61,991 nucleotides of DNA, filler included, from Basidiobolus ranarum (GCA_040143965.1; 26 parts of 26 records of this genome joined end to end with filler, not necessarily neighbours in it); one strand, 5' to 3'. Counted from the whole stretch's first letter, positions 1-11,969 are shown. Numbers and translations: made by a program. The notes: generated by a model not told the origin, from the sequence alone.

Positions 1-1128
1 GACTGGGAATAATAATAAAGGTTCGATCTGAATATGCATCACGCTGATAGTTCCGTACGGTCAAGAAGTTAAAAAATGTCTGCACCTTTGTGAGCAATCA
101 CCATTGATAGCTATAGAGGTTGATTTTGAATTTATATTTACATTTTCGACATGAAACATCTGAATGACTATCAACCACCATACAGCGAGGTTAGATGCTA
201 ATAATGTCAAGAGTAGCTCTCTTGGCTTATTCCTTTGTGACCATACATATTCATTCGCGCCCTAATTTCACCGTTACTATGAAGGCGAAATGACGGTTGT
301 ATAGTCAGTTATTTTCATTGATCACACTTCTAGGAATTCTTAGTATTATTTGGAAATATTTGGCTCAAGCAAGTAATTCTTAATAGAACCTTTCCAATGA
401 TTATTTTATTCGCGCCATATGCTATCCATCTTAGTTCAAGCACACGCTGTCACTCCTCGTCAGTTGTTTCCTTAAGAGGTGGGTTCTATGTAGCTTTATC
501 CCACTTTTTATCTCTTTTTCACTGCCATATCTGTGTTGTGTACTGCGTATCTTAAATCCGGAAGTTTTCCCTTCGTGTTCCATTGTGGGCTTTCGTAGAT
601 GGTAACTTAATGTTAACCTGGGCACCTTTATATGACTTACCATAGAACTACGAACTTATCATAAATACTAGCCTTTCCAAGTAGCAACTATGTTAAGGTT
701 AAGAGAAACTTAAGTAAGCAAAAGTTTACTCTCATTTTGAATTTCTGGATGTTACAATTGGATTTACATTATCATTAAAAGTGCCAGTACCTTTACTCAG
801 ATCAAGAAATAGATATTGTTCGAATTCATAAGAATTCCATGTCTGAACTTTTCAACACACCTCAAATTCATGCAATTAATGTCAATGATTAAGCTATATG
901 CGGTCATTGTGGCTAAAGATACAAGTCTACTTGTTCAGCAAATAATCTCATTCAAATTCCAACTTGGCCATATCTCGCTAACCAATAAACCATATATCGC
1001 CGCCAATGCAATATGTGCGAGCGTAAATCAAAATCTCTTGGAACTCGCGTTCTAAGCACTTTATTGATCTCTCTTGATCATGATTTTCTATGACAAGTGG
1101 TGGAACAATAATTACCTCTATACCTGAT

Positions 1129-1746
1129 TCATAGCTTAGACCTCTGCAATTTGTGAAGACGGCTTCGGGCTATGGCAATGATATACTCCAGAGCAATACG
1201 CATCTCTTGATCACGTTGACCATGAGCCAGGCGCTCCTCCATGATAGGAACTATTTCTGCGCGAGTACGGCCATCAACAAAGAGCACAAAGCGAAATCCA
1301 TATTTTTGCTCATATGCTTTGTTCAACTGTTCTAAGCGTCGTAAAGTCATGATGAGGGTATGTTGCTCAATGGGTACTTGACTGCTCAGATCACCACGGG
1401 TTTGTTCATCTTTCGACATATAGGGTAGCATAGTCACTGGTGTGCCTAGACGAGGAGCTGCATCCACCACTTGTAATATTTCATGTTCCGTCAGTGGCAA
1501 CCCACCATTCACTCTGCTAGATGGAGCGAAAGTTTCTTGATGACTAATCTTTCCATTACCGATAGGAAAGATAATATACTCTGCTGTAGATATGAGGACT
1601 TCGTATGAAGAATAGGGCCGATGAATCCACAAGCGCTCTGCCAGTGGCGGGCAGTCTCCGAACAATATGTCGATTGGCACAAGGAACTGCTCATAAGTCA
1701 TATTGTTTAGCTCGCTTATCAATGGTAGTGTGAGTGTACTCGACAT
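1129..1746 (-). CDS. OHCU decarboxylase family protein (UraD-like), possibly catalytically altered
   Basis: Intact 205-aa ORF with family motifs LNNM..EQF, RPYSS, SKDEQ, LNKAYEQKYGFRFVLFVDGR, EERL and IAIARSRL. The usual (N/R)AHPxLG motif reads DAAPRLG. Confidence 0.9.
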   Translation of the reverse strand: MSSTLTLPLISELNNMTYEQFLVPIDILFGDCPPLAERLWIHRPYSSYEVLISTAEYIIFPIGNGKISHQETFAPSSRVNGGLPLTEHEILQVVDAAPRLGTPVTMLPYMSKDEQTRGDLSSQVPIEQHTLIMTLRRLEQLNKAYEQKYGFRFVLFVDGRTRAEIVPIMEERLAHGQRDQEMRIALEYIIAIARSRLHKLQRSKL

Positions 1747-2296
1747 GATAGCTAATCTTAAGATATGAATATCGCAAGTTAATAATAAGCTTTAGGCGTA
1801 CATAAGGCAGTTTTAAACCAAGATTCACATGCGAGTTCAGTGTCAAATACAAAGAAAAATAGGGGAAGAACATATCTTGGGCCCCCTTATGGCATTCGCA
1901 AAAGCAACCAAGAAATCAAGGAGGTTATAATAGAATTCTCATGTTAGTTTTAAATGATCTGTTATAATCACATACTCACTTAGGTGACCAATAGAACAAA
2001 ATAAGGAATTAATTTGAACATTTCTCAAGCCTGTTTTCATAACAAGTGGCCTTAACCTATGCTTTGAATTAGCCAATATATTATGACTAAATTATGAATT
2101 ACCTGCTTTGTCACGCTTTTCTATTCCTCTCTTGGTGAGATTAGGAGGCGTTTCATGATGCTGCAAAACCCCATGGTAATTTAGATGAAACCAGTGTAAA
2201 TTAAATACTAGTATCTTTTTAGAAATTAGAGATAATACAATTAAGCCAAATATGTACTACCATCCCGAAACCCGGGAAGCTACCACCTCGAGGAGN

Positions 2297-2395
2297 NNNN
2301 NNNNNNNNNNNNNNNNNNNNNNNNNNNNNNNNNNNNNNNTTAATTAATTAANNNNNNNNNNNNNNNNNNNNNNNNNNNNNNNNNNNNNNNNNNNN
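2297..2395. other. Artificial contig-joining spacer (N-run + TTAATTAATTAA + N-run); the same spacer recurs about every 2.39 kb, 25 times in the window
   Basis: Identical six-frame-stop linker flanked by Ns at every junction. Contig lengths fall steadily from about 2296 to about 2280 bp. Confidence 0.98.
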
Positions 2396-2573
2396 CAAAG
2401 ATAGCTCATTTTACTCCCACGGATGTTCTGAACACAACCCCAGTGTTAGTTTTCTGTATTTCCACCAAAAAGTATAAATGCTTTATTTCTGGACAATAAA
2501 CAATTAACCTCGCAAAGCTATTCACAACTCCACTTTTCTAAAGTTCCTCCAAACAGCCCATATTTTCCCAATA
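2396..2573 (+). repeat. End of an LTR-like repeat terminating in ...TTTTCCCAATA; other copies at 45417-45547 and 47801-47911
   Basis: Three near-identical copies share the same terminus and are followed by unrelated sequence. Confidence 0.7.
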
Positions 2574-2673
2574 CTCTCATGCATCAGGAATAGATTATGT
2601 AGAAACTTTTGCTCCCATAGCAAAGTTTGATTCAATCAGATTGATTTTAAAATTTCAGCTATATCAGTTTGTA

Positions 2674-2855
2674 GGACTTGTTCTCTGTGACAGTGCCAGA
2701 TTGTGCTGTATATGTCATATTGGATAAAGTATTCTAAGATTCATGCAGCACAATTTAGCACTATCCAGCACCCTCTGGCATGATCAATTTCAATCACATC
2801 TACTGTATTATGTTGATCTAAGGTCCAATAGATCCTGGCACAATGGAACAAGTCC
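2674..2855. mobile_element. 182-bp MITE with GGACTTGTTC...GAACAAGTCC terminal inverted repeats, inserted in Copia RT
   Basis: TIRs are directly visible. A second 182-bp copy lies at 57365-57546 and a partial copy at 52359-52466. Confidence 0.8.
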
Positions 2856-3449
2856 ATAATACATCAAACAGAGATGAAAACAGCCTTTTGAATGGTGAAG
2901 TTGCTAAGGGGATCTATATGAACCAGCTAGATAGACTTGTGGACCCAGAAAATCTAAAAAAGTGTACAAATTCTGGAAAACAATTGTTAGCTTAAAACAA
3001 TCTCCAAGAGCATGGAATACCAAGATTGATGCTTTGGTGGAAACATTCAAATTCCAAATGAGTATGCTGACCATACTATCTACTTCAGGCCATATAAGAC
3101 AAGCCAAGTGTTATTGGCCTTATATGTAGAAGACCTTATTTTAGCAAGCAATGACCAGAAGACTTTGGAGAAGCCCATATCAAGCTTATCTACCAAACTC
3201 AAAATGACTGATATTGGTGAACTAACATTCCATCTTGGAATTCAAATCAAGATAGATTGAGCTACCAAAACAATAACTTTAAACCAGTCTAAGTATATAC
3301 TAGACATACTTTTTAATTTAAAGTAGAAGAACGTGAAAAGTATCTACTGTAATGGAGACATATCTTGACTTGCTCAAGAATGGCTCAAATCAGATGTTCT
3401 TCAATTTAAACAAAAGCCAGAAACTTCCTTATCAATCTATGGTTGTTAG

Positions 3450-3798
3450 TATTGAGATTAGCATTGCCTAAGCACCTATATAGTCTTCTATAGCTTAGTA
3501 CTTAGTTATCTTATATTTCACTAAGATCTTATCCATTATTCCCAATTGGAGTTTACTTACAATACATATACCAACTCAGAAGTTCTCAATCATATAAATT
3601 CTTCAAACTTGCGCTGGAAGCCCCAAGGCTTTGTACACATGTTTCAGGGTCCTTCCCTAACACATTCTACACTTTAGTTTGCTCACATCTTGACAAAACA
3701 ATAAATGTCAACTTTTGACTGATTAATTAACAAGTGAAAACCACCAATTTCTCTACTTTCTCTAAACCACTTCCAACAGGCTCCCAAATACTTCAACA
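3450..3798 (+). mobile_element. Copia solo LTR (349-bp family) inserted in the RT of its own family
   Basis: TATTGAGATT...CTTCAACA, matching consensus TGTTGAAATT...TTAACA. Flanks GTTAG/GATAG are a decayed 5-bp TSD, and the RT frame resumes afterwards. Confidence 0.88.
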
Positions 3799-4789
3799 GA
3801 TAGTTTGTAGCATTTCATTGTGGGAACATGACCAGACTTTGCATATTCTCTGGGAGATATGAGGCCATTTATATCATGGATCTGATTAAATCAAAGCAGT
3901 TAATTGGATTCCAGATATTTGACAGGTACCATGGATGTGTGCATAAAATAATATATTCTGGATCAAACTTTGATCTGATGGGATATTTAGGTGCCAAGTG
4001 GTGAAGAGATATTGAAGACAGGAAATCTACAATTGGATAGTTATTTCTTTGCTGCAATGGAGCTAATTCTTGGAATGCAAAGAAATAACCTACCATAGCA
4101 CTTTCAACTACACAAGCAGAATACATGAGTGCCTGTGAAGCACCAAAAGAGGGACTATGGTTAAGAAAATTTGTAACAGATTTAGCCTATTTTTAAATTC
4201 ATCAACTACAATAATTTAAGATAATCAGAGTTTTATCAAATTAGCTAGAAATCCCAAGTTCCATACTATAAACAAACACACAGATATTAGAAATTATTTT
4301 ATTAGAGAGACTATAAAAGATAAGTTTATTTTCTTAATCTATTGTTCTACAGAAGACATGATAGCTGATATATTAAGCAAACCATTTACAAGACCAATAT
4401 TTGAGAAAGCTGGACCTTCTTTAGTATTAGTATATATGACTGCTGAGTAGAGGGAGAGGGTTAAAATTATGAATGCCTAAACACCTATATAGTCATATTT
4501 TGCTTAGTACCTAGTTATTGTATATTTCACTAAGCTATAGCCCATTGTTCTTAATTGAAATTTACATAGAATACTTTTTCCAACTTGGGAGCTCTGAAAT
4601 ATATGTATTTTTCAAACTAGTGCTAGAGGCCCCATACTTTGAACACATGTTTCTGGGACCTTCCTTAATACATTCTACATGTTAACTTANNNNNNNNNNN
4701 NNNNNNNNNNNNNNNNNNNNNNNNNNNNNNNNNTTAATTAATTAANNNNNNNNNNNNNNNNNNNNNNNNNNNNNNNNNNNNNNNNNNNN

Positions 4790-7083
4790 CCAGTATATCA
4801 GACTCTCAAAATGCAGATCTTGATAATGGTGTGAAGAATCTGGTAAGTGGGACAGTTGAGCTGCAACTCACTGGCTCTGTTGCTTTTCCCTTGGGTTGAC
4901 TAACTTCCTGCTCCTTGAGTACTTCTTGAGCTGCTTTTCTTTCTTTTCCAAGTCAACAATTGCGTACATTTTTGAGATGTTTCAAAAATAGGCCCATACT
5001 AGCCCAATTGCTATTTGCTTTCAAAATCCCGGGTTTAGCCATATGAAATAAGTCAAGAACCTTTGAGTAACACCTGGTTTTTGGTTTTTCCATCATTGGC
5101 TCAAATCCAGGTGATTTTGGGCAAGATTCTGCACAGTTTCCAAAATGTTAAACCACTCATCATCAGAGCAAGTGACAGCAGCTCTGCCATTTACAGTCTT
5201 TTTGTTTCCAGTTTTCCTATGAGATTTCTACTTTCATGTGCCCTACCAAATTTGGGTTGTTGTGCAGGCTTAATGGGCAACACATATTCTGCTCTGCTAG
5301 CTTATTGCAGTAATGTTCATATGTATGGTGTGCACTTGATACAAATCCCATATGAGAATTCCCTAAAAGAAATTTGAGGATTGTAATCGTAGGAAAACTG
5401 TCACAATTTTAATAACTTTGGGATTGCCCAATAAGCCACATGAAATAAGTCAAGAACCTTCAGAGTAATGCCTAGTTCTTGGTTTTTCCAAAATTGGCTC
5501 AAATCCAGGTGATTTTAGGAAAGATTCCTCACAATTTCCAAAATATTAAACCACTCATCATTAGAGCAAGTGGCAGCAGCTCTGACATACAGAGTCTTTC
5601 TGTTTGCCAGTTTTGCTATGAGATTTTTATATCATGTGCCCAAGCAAATTTGGGTTTTTATGTAGGCTTAATGGTCTGACACATATTCAGCTCTGCTAGA
5701 TTGTCATGGTGACATTCATATGTGTGGTGTGCAATTGATTCAAATCCTGTATTAGAATGCCCTAACAGAAATTTGAGGATTGTTATTGTAGGAAAACCAT
5801 CATAATTTCAATACTTTGGGGTTCACCATTTACTTACCATCATAAATTTGTCAAGTTAGATTTGATTTTAATCAATTTTTTCAGTTTCAGGAGTGAAATT
5901 TCAAGATCTTGCAAAATACTTGCTCATGGTTTGCTACAATGTCAGAAAAGTATGGATCAACATATGTGTGGAATACATAGCTCAAATTTTACACAATTAT
6001 CACTTGAATGCTAATTTGTCACCTTCAAAATCCCTAGTCTTTTTGATATATTCTCCAGATTATTTTTTTGGAGTTCTTCATACCCAAGGTTTAGCTCATA
6101 CCCAACACAAGTTTGTATCAACATCTCCATCAAAGCCCACCATTGTCTTAACATTGCTGAATCAACATTCTTGCAGCTATCTGACAGTTACCCTGCAATA
6201 TTGTGTAACTCTGTATTAAGTTCTTCCCAGATATTAGCATGGTCAACACCAGACTGAATGTCAAATTGAATTTACTTCTTCTGAAGCCACTTTCTGCATA
6301 CTTGCACTGAGTTTTTCCCTTCATACTTTTGAAAATATTCCTCAAGCACTTTGAAAAGTGCCAGTTGAGGTTGGAGAGCTGTGAGTTTTATTAGCTGGTG
6401 TTTTGGCTTGTTGAGATTTCTACATTCATGAGCCCAAGCAATTTTGGGTTGTTGTGTATGCTTATTGGTCCAACACATATTCAGCTCTGCTAGATTGTCA
6501 TAGTAAAATTCATATGTATGGTGTGGGATTGATTGAAATCACATATGAGACTAGACAGAGAGAGCAGCATGTTGCTGTAGTTTGAGTACAGCATTCTGAA
6601 GGTCTTGTGTCATTGTTGAGTGACTCTCTAACTGTTGACTAGTTGCTTCCAAATGCTGCATTAATTGCTATATTGTGGTATTATTGCTTGTCATGGCCTG
6701 TATAGCAACTTCATAGTTTTTACCTATGATTGCATACAAATCATAATGGTGTTCTGCCAGCAATTCCCTTATTGTAATAATTCCATCCAAATTTTCTACA
6801 GAGGGTTGTTAAAATAGTGGGCAAAGTAGCCATTTTGGTTGATGGTCTTGACAGTGTTTTGGTTGAACTTTGCTCAACTGCTGATTTACTATGTAACTGG
6901 GGGATTACAATCTCTTCACTTGCACTATTGCTGGAAAGGAACATATCTGGTAAATTGATTAATGCTTCACTATTACTTCAGTTAGTTTCCAGCATGTTCA
7001 TGCCTTCCAAAGTGGGTAGTGGATTGCTAGACTGCTCATCAATTAAGTCCTCTGTTCTAGCTGGTTTTTTTCCTTTTGTGCCA
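4790..7083 (-). mobile_element. Rearranged pieces of CACTA-like element ORF2 with two internal CCCTAA termini (5361, 5760)
   Basis: Homologous to 50732-52358 on the reverse strand. The segment at about 5030-5430 is duplicated at about 5430-5820. Confidence 0.85.
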
Positions 7084-7387
7084 NNNNNNNNNNNNNNNNN
7101 NNNNNNNNNNNNNNNNNNNNNNNNNNNTTAATTAATTAANNNNNNNNNNNNNNNNNNNNNNNNNNNNNNNNNNNNNNNNNNNNGGCTACGGGTTAGCTAA
7201 AGAAATAAAATAGTTCTTATCAGTTGATTAATTGAATTGATTGTATGTGTTGCTAATTTTTAATCAGATTGATTGTATGCAAATCTCAAGATAAAGTATG
7301 CAACTCATCATCAACCCAAATGTTCAAAACATCTATGAAGCCAATATTTATTGACAGTGATACTGAAGAGCAAAACCAACAAAACCT

Positions 7388-7756
7388 GTGGTTCATAAAC
7401 TTGCACCTAAACACTTAGCCTTTGCTGATGTCTTTGACAAGAAGAAATCCAATATATTCCCAGCTCACCACCCATATGTTTGCCCTATAGATCTACAAGA
7501 AGGAAAACAACCACCATTTTGGCCTATTGATGGACTGACCCAGCCAGAACGCAACATTCTGAAAGAGTATGTTGCAGAAAATCTGGAGAAAGGATTTATC
7601 CAACATTCAAAGTCTCCTGCAGGCTCTCCAATCTTATTTGTTAAGAATCAGGATGGATCCCTCTGTCCTGGTGTTGATCATACAGGCTCAAATAGCATTA
7701 CAGTCAAAAGACAGTACCCCTTGCCATTAATCAAGTAACTCTTGAATCAGCTTGTT
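7388..7756 (+). pseudogene. Ty3/Gypsy pol, start of reverse transcriptase
   Basis: FADVFDKK..IDLQEGKQPP..ENLEKGFIQHSKSPAGSPILFVK.QDGSL..YPLPLI. Confidence 0.93.
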
Positions 7757-7876
7757 TTCATAATAAAATATTTTTCTTTTAGTTATTATTTAATATTAAA
7801 AGGTATAATAATAATTAGTTGTTATAGTTCCTTATATAAATTTTTGAGAGATATATAATTTATTAAAAGTATATTA

Positions 7877-8950
7877 TTACTTACAAATTGCTCCCTGTCC
7901 TAATTTTGGTGATCTTTTGTTTACATTTTTACAATTGGTTTGCTTAATAGATCTTATTCCACATACAAATTTGTTTGGCTTTCTGGATCCAGTTTTTACC
8001 ATACTTTTAGGTCCTGGTCTCAATATGTATCCTGGATCCTCAAAATCTCCTTTGTTACTAGGTTGTTCATCTCAACTCATTGAACTAATATTGATTTTTG
8101 ATGCCGCTTTAACTACCAAACTATAAGTCTTGTAATGAGTCTTATATGCACTTAGTTCATTTGTTTCTCTTGCTTCTCCATTGGTTTCTTTACAATTAAG
8201 CTCCTCACCATCTTTTTTAAGACTATTACTCCATTGACCCATACCTTTGCAAAGAGCTTTGTATTGAGCTTTAGTAAGCTTTTTGTCATTAATATAATTT
8301 ATAAGCTTAGATGCAATTTTATCCCATATGTTATCATCATCCCAAGTATTGGCAACCAAATCTCCAAGTTTGACACTTTCCATATTGTTTTCCATATTCT
8401 CACAAAAATTTTCAATACCATTAGGAAGAATATCATCAGGTAAAATTTCTTTAAAAGCAACAAGAGTATTGAATTTGGAAACAGAGTGTATCTTGGATGC
8501 ATCACAAATATCCTTCAGATCAATACTACCAATACCTACATCAGAATCTAATTCATGATCATCAATATCAATAGTTTGTTATAAGTATTTTTGTAAGTTT
8601 TAATTATCTAATTAAAGTTTACATTATGGATATTGCTTGAGATAATCTTATCTTTGTCTCTATTACCTGTACTTTCTCTCAACTGTGTATTCCTACTATT
8701 AATTGCTTTATTCCAATTCCTTGAAAATTTTGTTAAAAGTTTTTTATTAACAAGTTTTTGAGAAATTTTTTGTTTTAACCCATTAGTTATCTTATTCCAT
8801 GCATCATCAAGATTATCAGCATCTTTATGGATGGCTTTTGGGTTCAATTCTTTGTAATTATTAGGATTCCTTGGAATAGTACCTTCACCAGAATGACCAG
8901 GTAAGACAAGATCTTTACCAAGGGTTTCACAAACATCCCACAAGATATTG
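7877..8950 (-). pseudogene. Unidentified AT-rich foreign ORF (about 350 codons, 2 stops, 1 frameshift) inserted antisense in Gypsy pol
   Basis: ORFs 8608-8950 and 8072-8395 join via a frameshift near 8580 and continue past a TGA to ...RSPKLGQGAICK* at about 7877. An AT-rich tail follows at 7757-7876. Confidence 0.6.
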
Positions 8951-9476
8951 GACATCTGCTCATCAGGCATCTCCATGGACCCTAAGAAGGTTAAATCTGC
9001 TCTGTCTTGGGGTACTCCCAAGAATGTGAAGGATGTCCAATGTTTCCTTGGATTTGCAAACTTTTACTAATGGTTTATCAACAACTACTCCAAAATATCT
9101 GCTATATTAATAAAACTTACAAGGAAGGAACTCCCATCTGACTGGAACTCATCTGGCCAACAAGCATTTGTAACTTTAAAGAATGCTTTTACCTCAGCAC
9201 CAGTCCTGACATGCCCCAAGCTAGACAAGCCTTTTATTGCTGAAACTGATACATGTGATTTTGCTCTAGGAGTAGTACTATCACAGTGTGGCAATGACAA
9301 CTTACTGCACCCTTTTGCCTTTTACTCAAGAAAGTTCTCTGCAGCACAAATCAACTACAACAAAGTACTGTGTGCAATTATTGCTGCATTTGAACAATGG
9401 CAACAAAAATTGGATGGAGCAAATTACATTATCATAGTCTTTTGTGATCATAAGAATCTGCAGTATTTTAGTACTA
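8951..9476 (+). pseudogene. Ty3/Gypsy pol, RT C-terminus and RNase H
   Basis: [69 protein letters not shown]. Confidence 0.93.
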
Positions 9477-9576
9477 NNNNNNNNNNNNNNNNNNNNNNNN
9501 NNNNNNNNNNNNNNNNNNNNTTAATTAATTAANNNNNNNNNNNNNNNNNNNNNNNNNNNNNNNNNNNNNNNNNNNN

Positions 9577-10247
9577 AGACTTCTTGGTGAGATTGATGGA
9601 GATACGCAGTATTATTGTTTTAGCCATGGGGTAGTTATTTAAGCAATGACACATCTACTTGTGGCAGGACATTTGTTGACTGCAAGTTAGGGATATATAG
9701 GCTGAATTCTTTACAGAAATTTGCCAAAATCCAAGAGCTTATTCTCATTGTGAACAGTATCAAGAGTCAGCTATTTGCCAAGTGTCAGAGCTATTCAAAA
9801 TTACAGATGTTTAGCAATTTTTCCATGGTTAGTTTGTAGGTAACGCAAATTGATGTTGTTGAGTTATGTCTGATCAGTCAAGTATGTGCATATGTAGAGA
9901 CTAAACACAATAAGATTCCTGTATTTTTTGATTCTCATTATGGCTGGAATACAAAGCCTAAAATATCTAAATAAAGGCATGCATAATATTCCAAATTCCT
10001 GCAGTAAACCTGGTAATTTGACATTTGAAAAATGATATTTTGCAGAAATTGCTGGAAATTAATAACACATTCCAAATATGAGGATCAATTTTTAACATGT
10101 ATGAATACTGTCAGAATACAATCAAGAAACCACCATCAAAATCCCTGTCAGAATGCAAGCCACCAATATTGTGATGGTTCTCTGACAGTTTTGCAATTTA
10201 GAAGAGTAGATCCAATCCAGATCAAAGCAATTATGTTTTTCTTAGGG
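9577..10247 (+). mobile_element. CACTA-like element: transposase C-terminus and transposase-side terminus (...TTTTCTTAGGG)
   Basis: Homologous to 43600-44324, 54949-55518 and the reverse copies at 25273-26220 and 56653-57230. Confidence 0.85.
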
Positions 10248-10254
10248 ATAAATT

Positions 10255-11698
10255 AATCACAAGCACAGTCACTGCACAAAGCCACCAGCTGCACAAAACC
10301 TGTTGAATATTGATAATAATAAGTGCACAAAAAGAGCTTTAGTTTTCCACAATGCATCCACTGGCTGTGCTTTACTTCAAAGTTTTGCTAACACTGCTGA
10401 AGGTCAAAATGCCATTTAGTTACCAAAGTTATATGACCAGAATGACCAACATGATATAGGTAGATACATGACTTTTGTTGTATCAGTAAGTTCAGAATAC
10501 TTTGAGGTCATGCTGCTGGTTGTTGACCTTGGCTATTCCAGTCCCTTTGGTAGAATATCATAAGATGAAGAAAAAGACAATAGTTTTTTTATGGACTTTT
10601 TCTTATTGGCAAGCATTAGTCCACTCATGACATTTGTAGTAAAGGAAGCAGCTTTGATTAAATAGGAGTGGGGAGTTCAATCCAATCTTAGCAACTAGGT
10701 ATTTATTGGTTTTCTCACACTTTCATCACAGTTGACTGGCAGCTGTTGCTTGGTACAGACCTGGTCCAAGTAAAAACACTTGTCAATCTTATGACTTATA
10801 ATCCTTCCTTAATTAAAGTACTTTCATGTACAAATTATTGTTTGGCTTTAACCAGAGATCTGAAAAACCTGAAGTCATGTACTATTTGCACACAATTAGC
10901 AATCACTGAATGAGGTTAATATTGTTCATATTAGACATACATACCATTGATTCCCCATCTTAAAGTTTTGATGAAATCACCCATATATAGTTCATTGATC
11001 TATACCCAAGCTACTCAGAATAAAGCTGATGGTAGTAACAATAGACTTGTTGGATATCACTACCAGAATCCCTAACAAAAAAATTCAAATTTGCATTTCA
11101 TACTATTTCCTGACTGTTATATGATGGAACTATGCAGGTATTGTAATAATTTTCTGATGGTTTCTCTTCCAGCCCTTTTCTGCTCCATTTTCTTATGGTA
11201 TTCCTACCTCTATATTTGTGTTTTCTTTGGTCTACCTCTGGTATTCATTCCCATATTCTTCATAAGTAATCTGAGAAGCCAAGGTTCCTGTGCAAATACA
11301 TAATATCATGCATTTGTATTGACACTGTATGGTTTCTTATTAAGTGAATATACCATTGGAAAGGATTGCTTGCCAATAGCTTTATTTAACTTAAATCTTC
11401 ATCCATTTGAATGGTCTAGGAGTTATGTTATTTTGAAGCAATAAATCATAGCTGGGACTAAATAACCAGTGCTTATAGATAGCTTCTTGGAGCATTTGAT
11501 TGTGGAATTTGAATATATATCTGATGGGGTTCATATAAGTATTTTTCTTTAAAACCAATAAGATTGAGTGTAATGGTAGCACTTCTCCCATCAGTAAACT
11601 TGGATGTTTTTGTGAGCACCATAGAATATGTTGCCATAGATATTTTCATATCAATGGAGCTTACTAGACATATACATTATGCCTATCGAAATACTGCT
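10255..11698 (+). pseudogene. CACTA-like transposase N-terminal half, interrupted at 11070-~11268 by another CCCTAAC-ended segment
   Basis: Cys motif SC.N.C..F...LKNLKSCTIC, then YIPLIPHLK, YQNL..QG, INLNL and GL/GPK regions. The first ~180 bp match the reverse complement of the ~50240-50433 segment. Confidence 0.8.
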
Positions 11699-11969
11699 GT
11701 TATGGTGAGTCTTGCTACCCACTGGCAGGCTGACATATTTCCACTCTTGGCTCATATCATTGCTATTACACAGTTTCTATTTCATTGTTGCTATTTTACT
11801 TACCCATATTTTGTAGCCAATCATACCTCACTATTAGTATTATCCCATATTATTTGATATTTGTCTCTANNNNNNNNNNNNNNNNNNNNNNNNNNNNNNN
11901 NNNNNNNNNNNNNTTAATTAATTAANNNNNNNNNNNNNNNNNNNNNNNNNNNNNNNNNNNNNNNNNNNN

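Larger units (their letters stand above)
2574..4689 (+). mobile_element. Degenerate Ty1/Copia retrotransposon 3' part (RT, RNase H, PPT, 3' LTR)
   Basis: Decayed motifs SGIDYVETFAP, KTAFLNGE, LKQSPRAW, LYVEDL (YVDD) and ALSTTQAEY. Purine tract AGAGGGAGAGGG at about 4449-4460 is followed by the 349-bp LTR family. Confidence 0.92.

Noticed and set aside
431-1055. Small ORFs 431-643 and 816-1055
   Set aside because: They are short with no recognisable motifs and are likely intergenic.
2297-2395. Regularly spaced TTAATTAATTAA palindromes as a biological repeat array
   Set aside because: They are always embedded in N-runs; this is an artificial contig linker. ORFs ending in XXX/LIN are artefacts of it.
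5893-6219. Recurrent ORF family (also 18653, 20016, 24498, 32339, 40592) as a real multicopy gene
   Set aside because: It is the antisense shadow of the CACTA ORF2 3' end and terminus; starts and stops vary between copies.
7877-8950. Mollicute (UGA=Trp) endosymbiont origin of the captured ORF
   Set aside because: The Trp residues checked use TGG. The single TGA is explained as CGA decay, and a TAG and a frameshift are also present.
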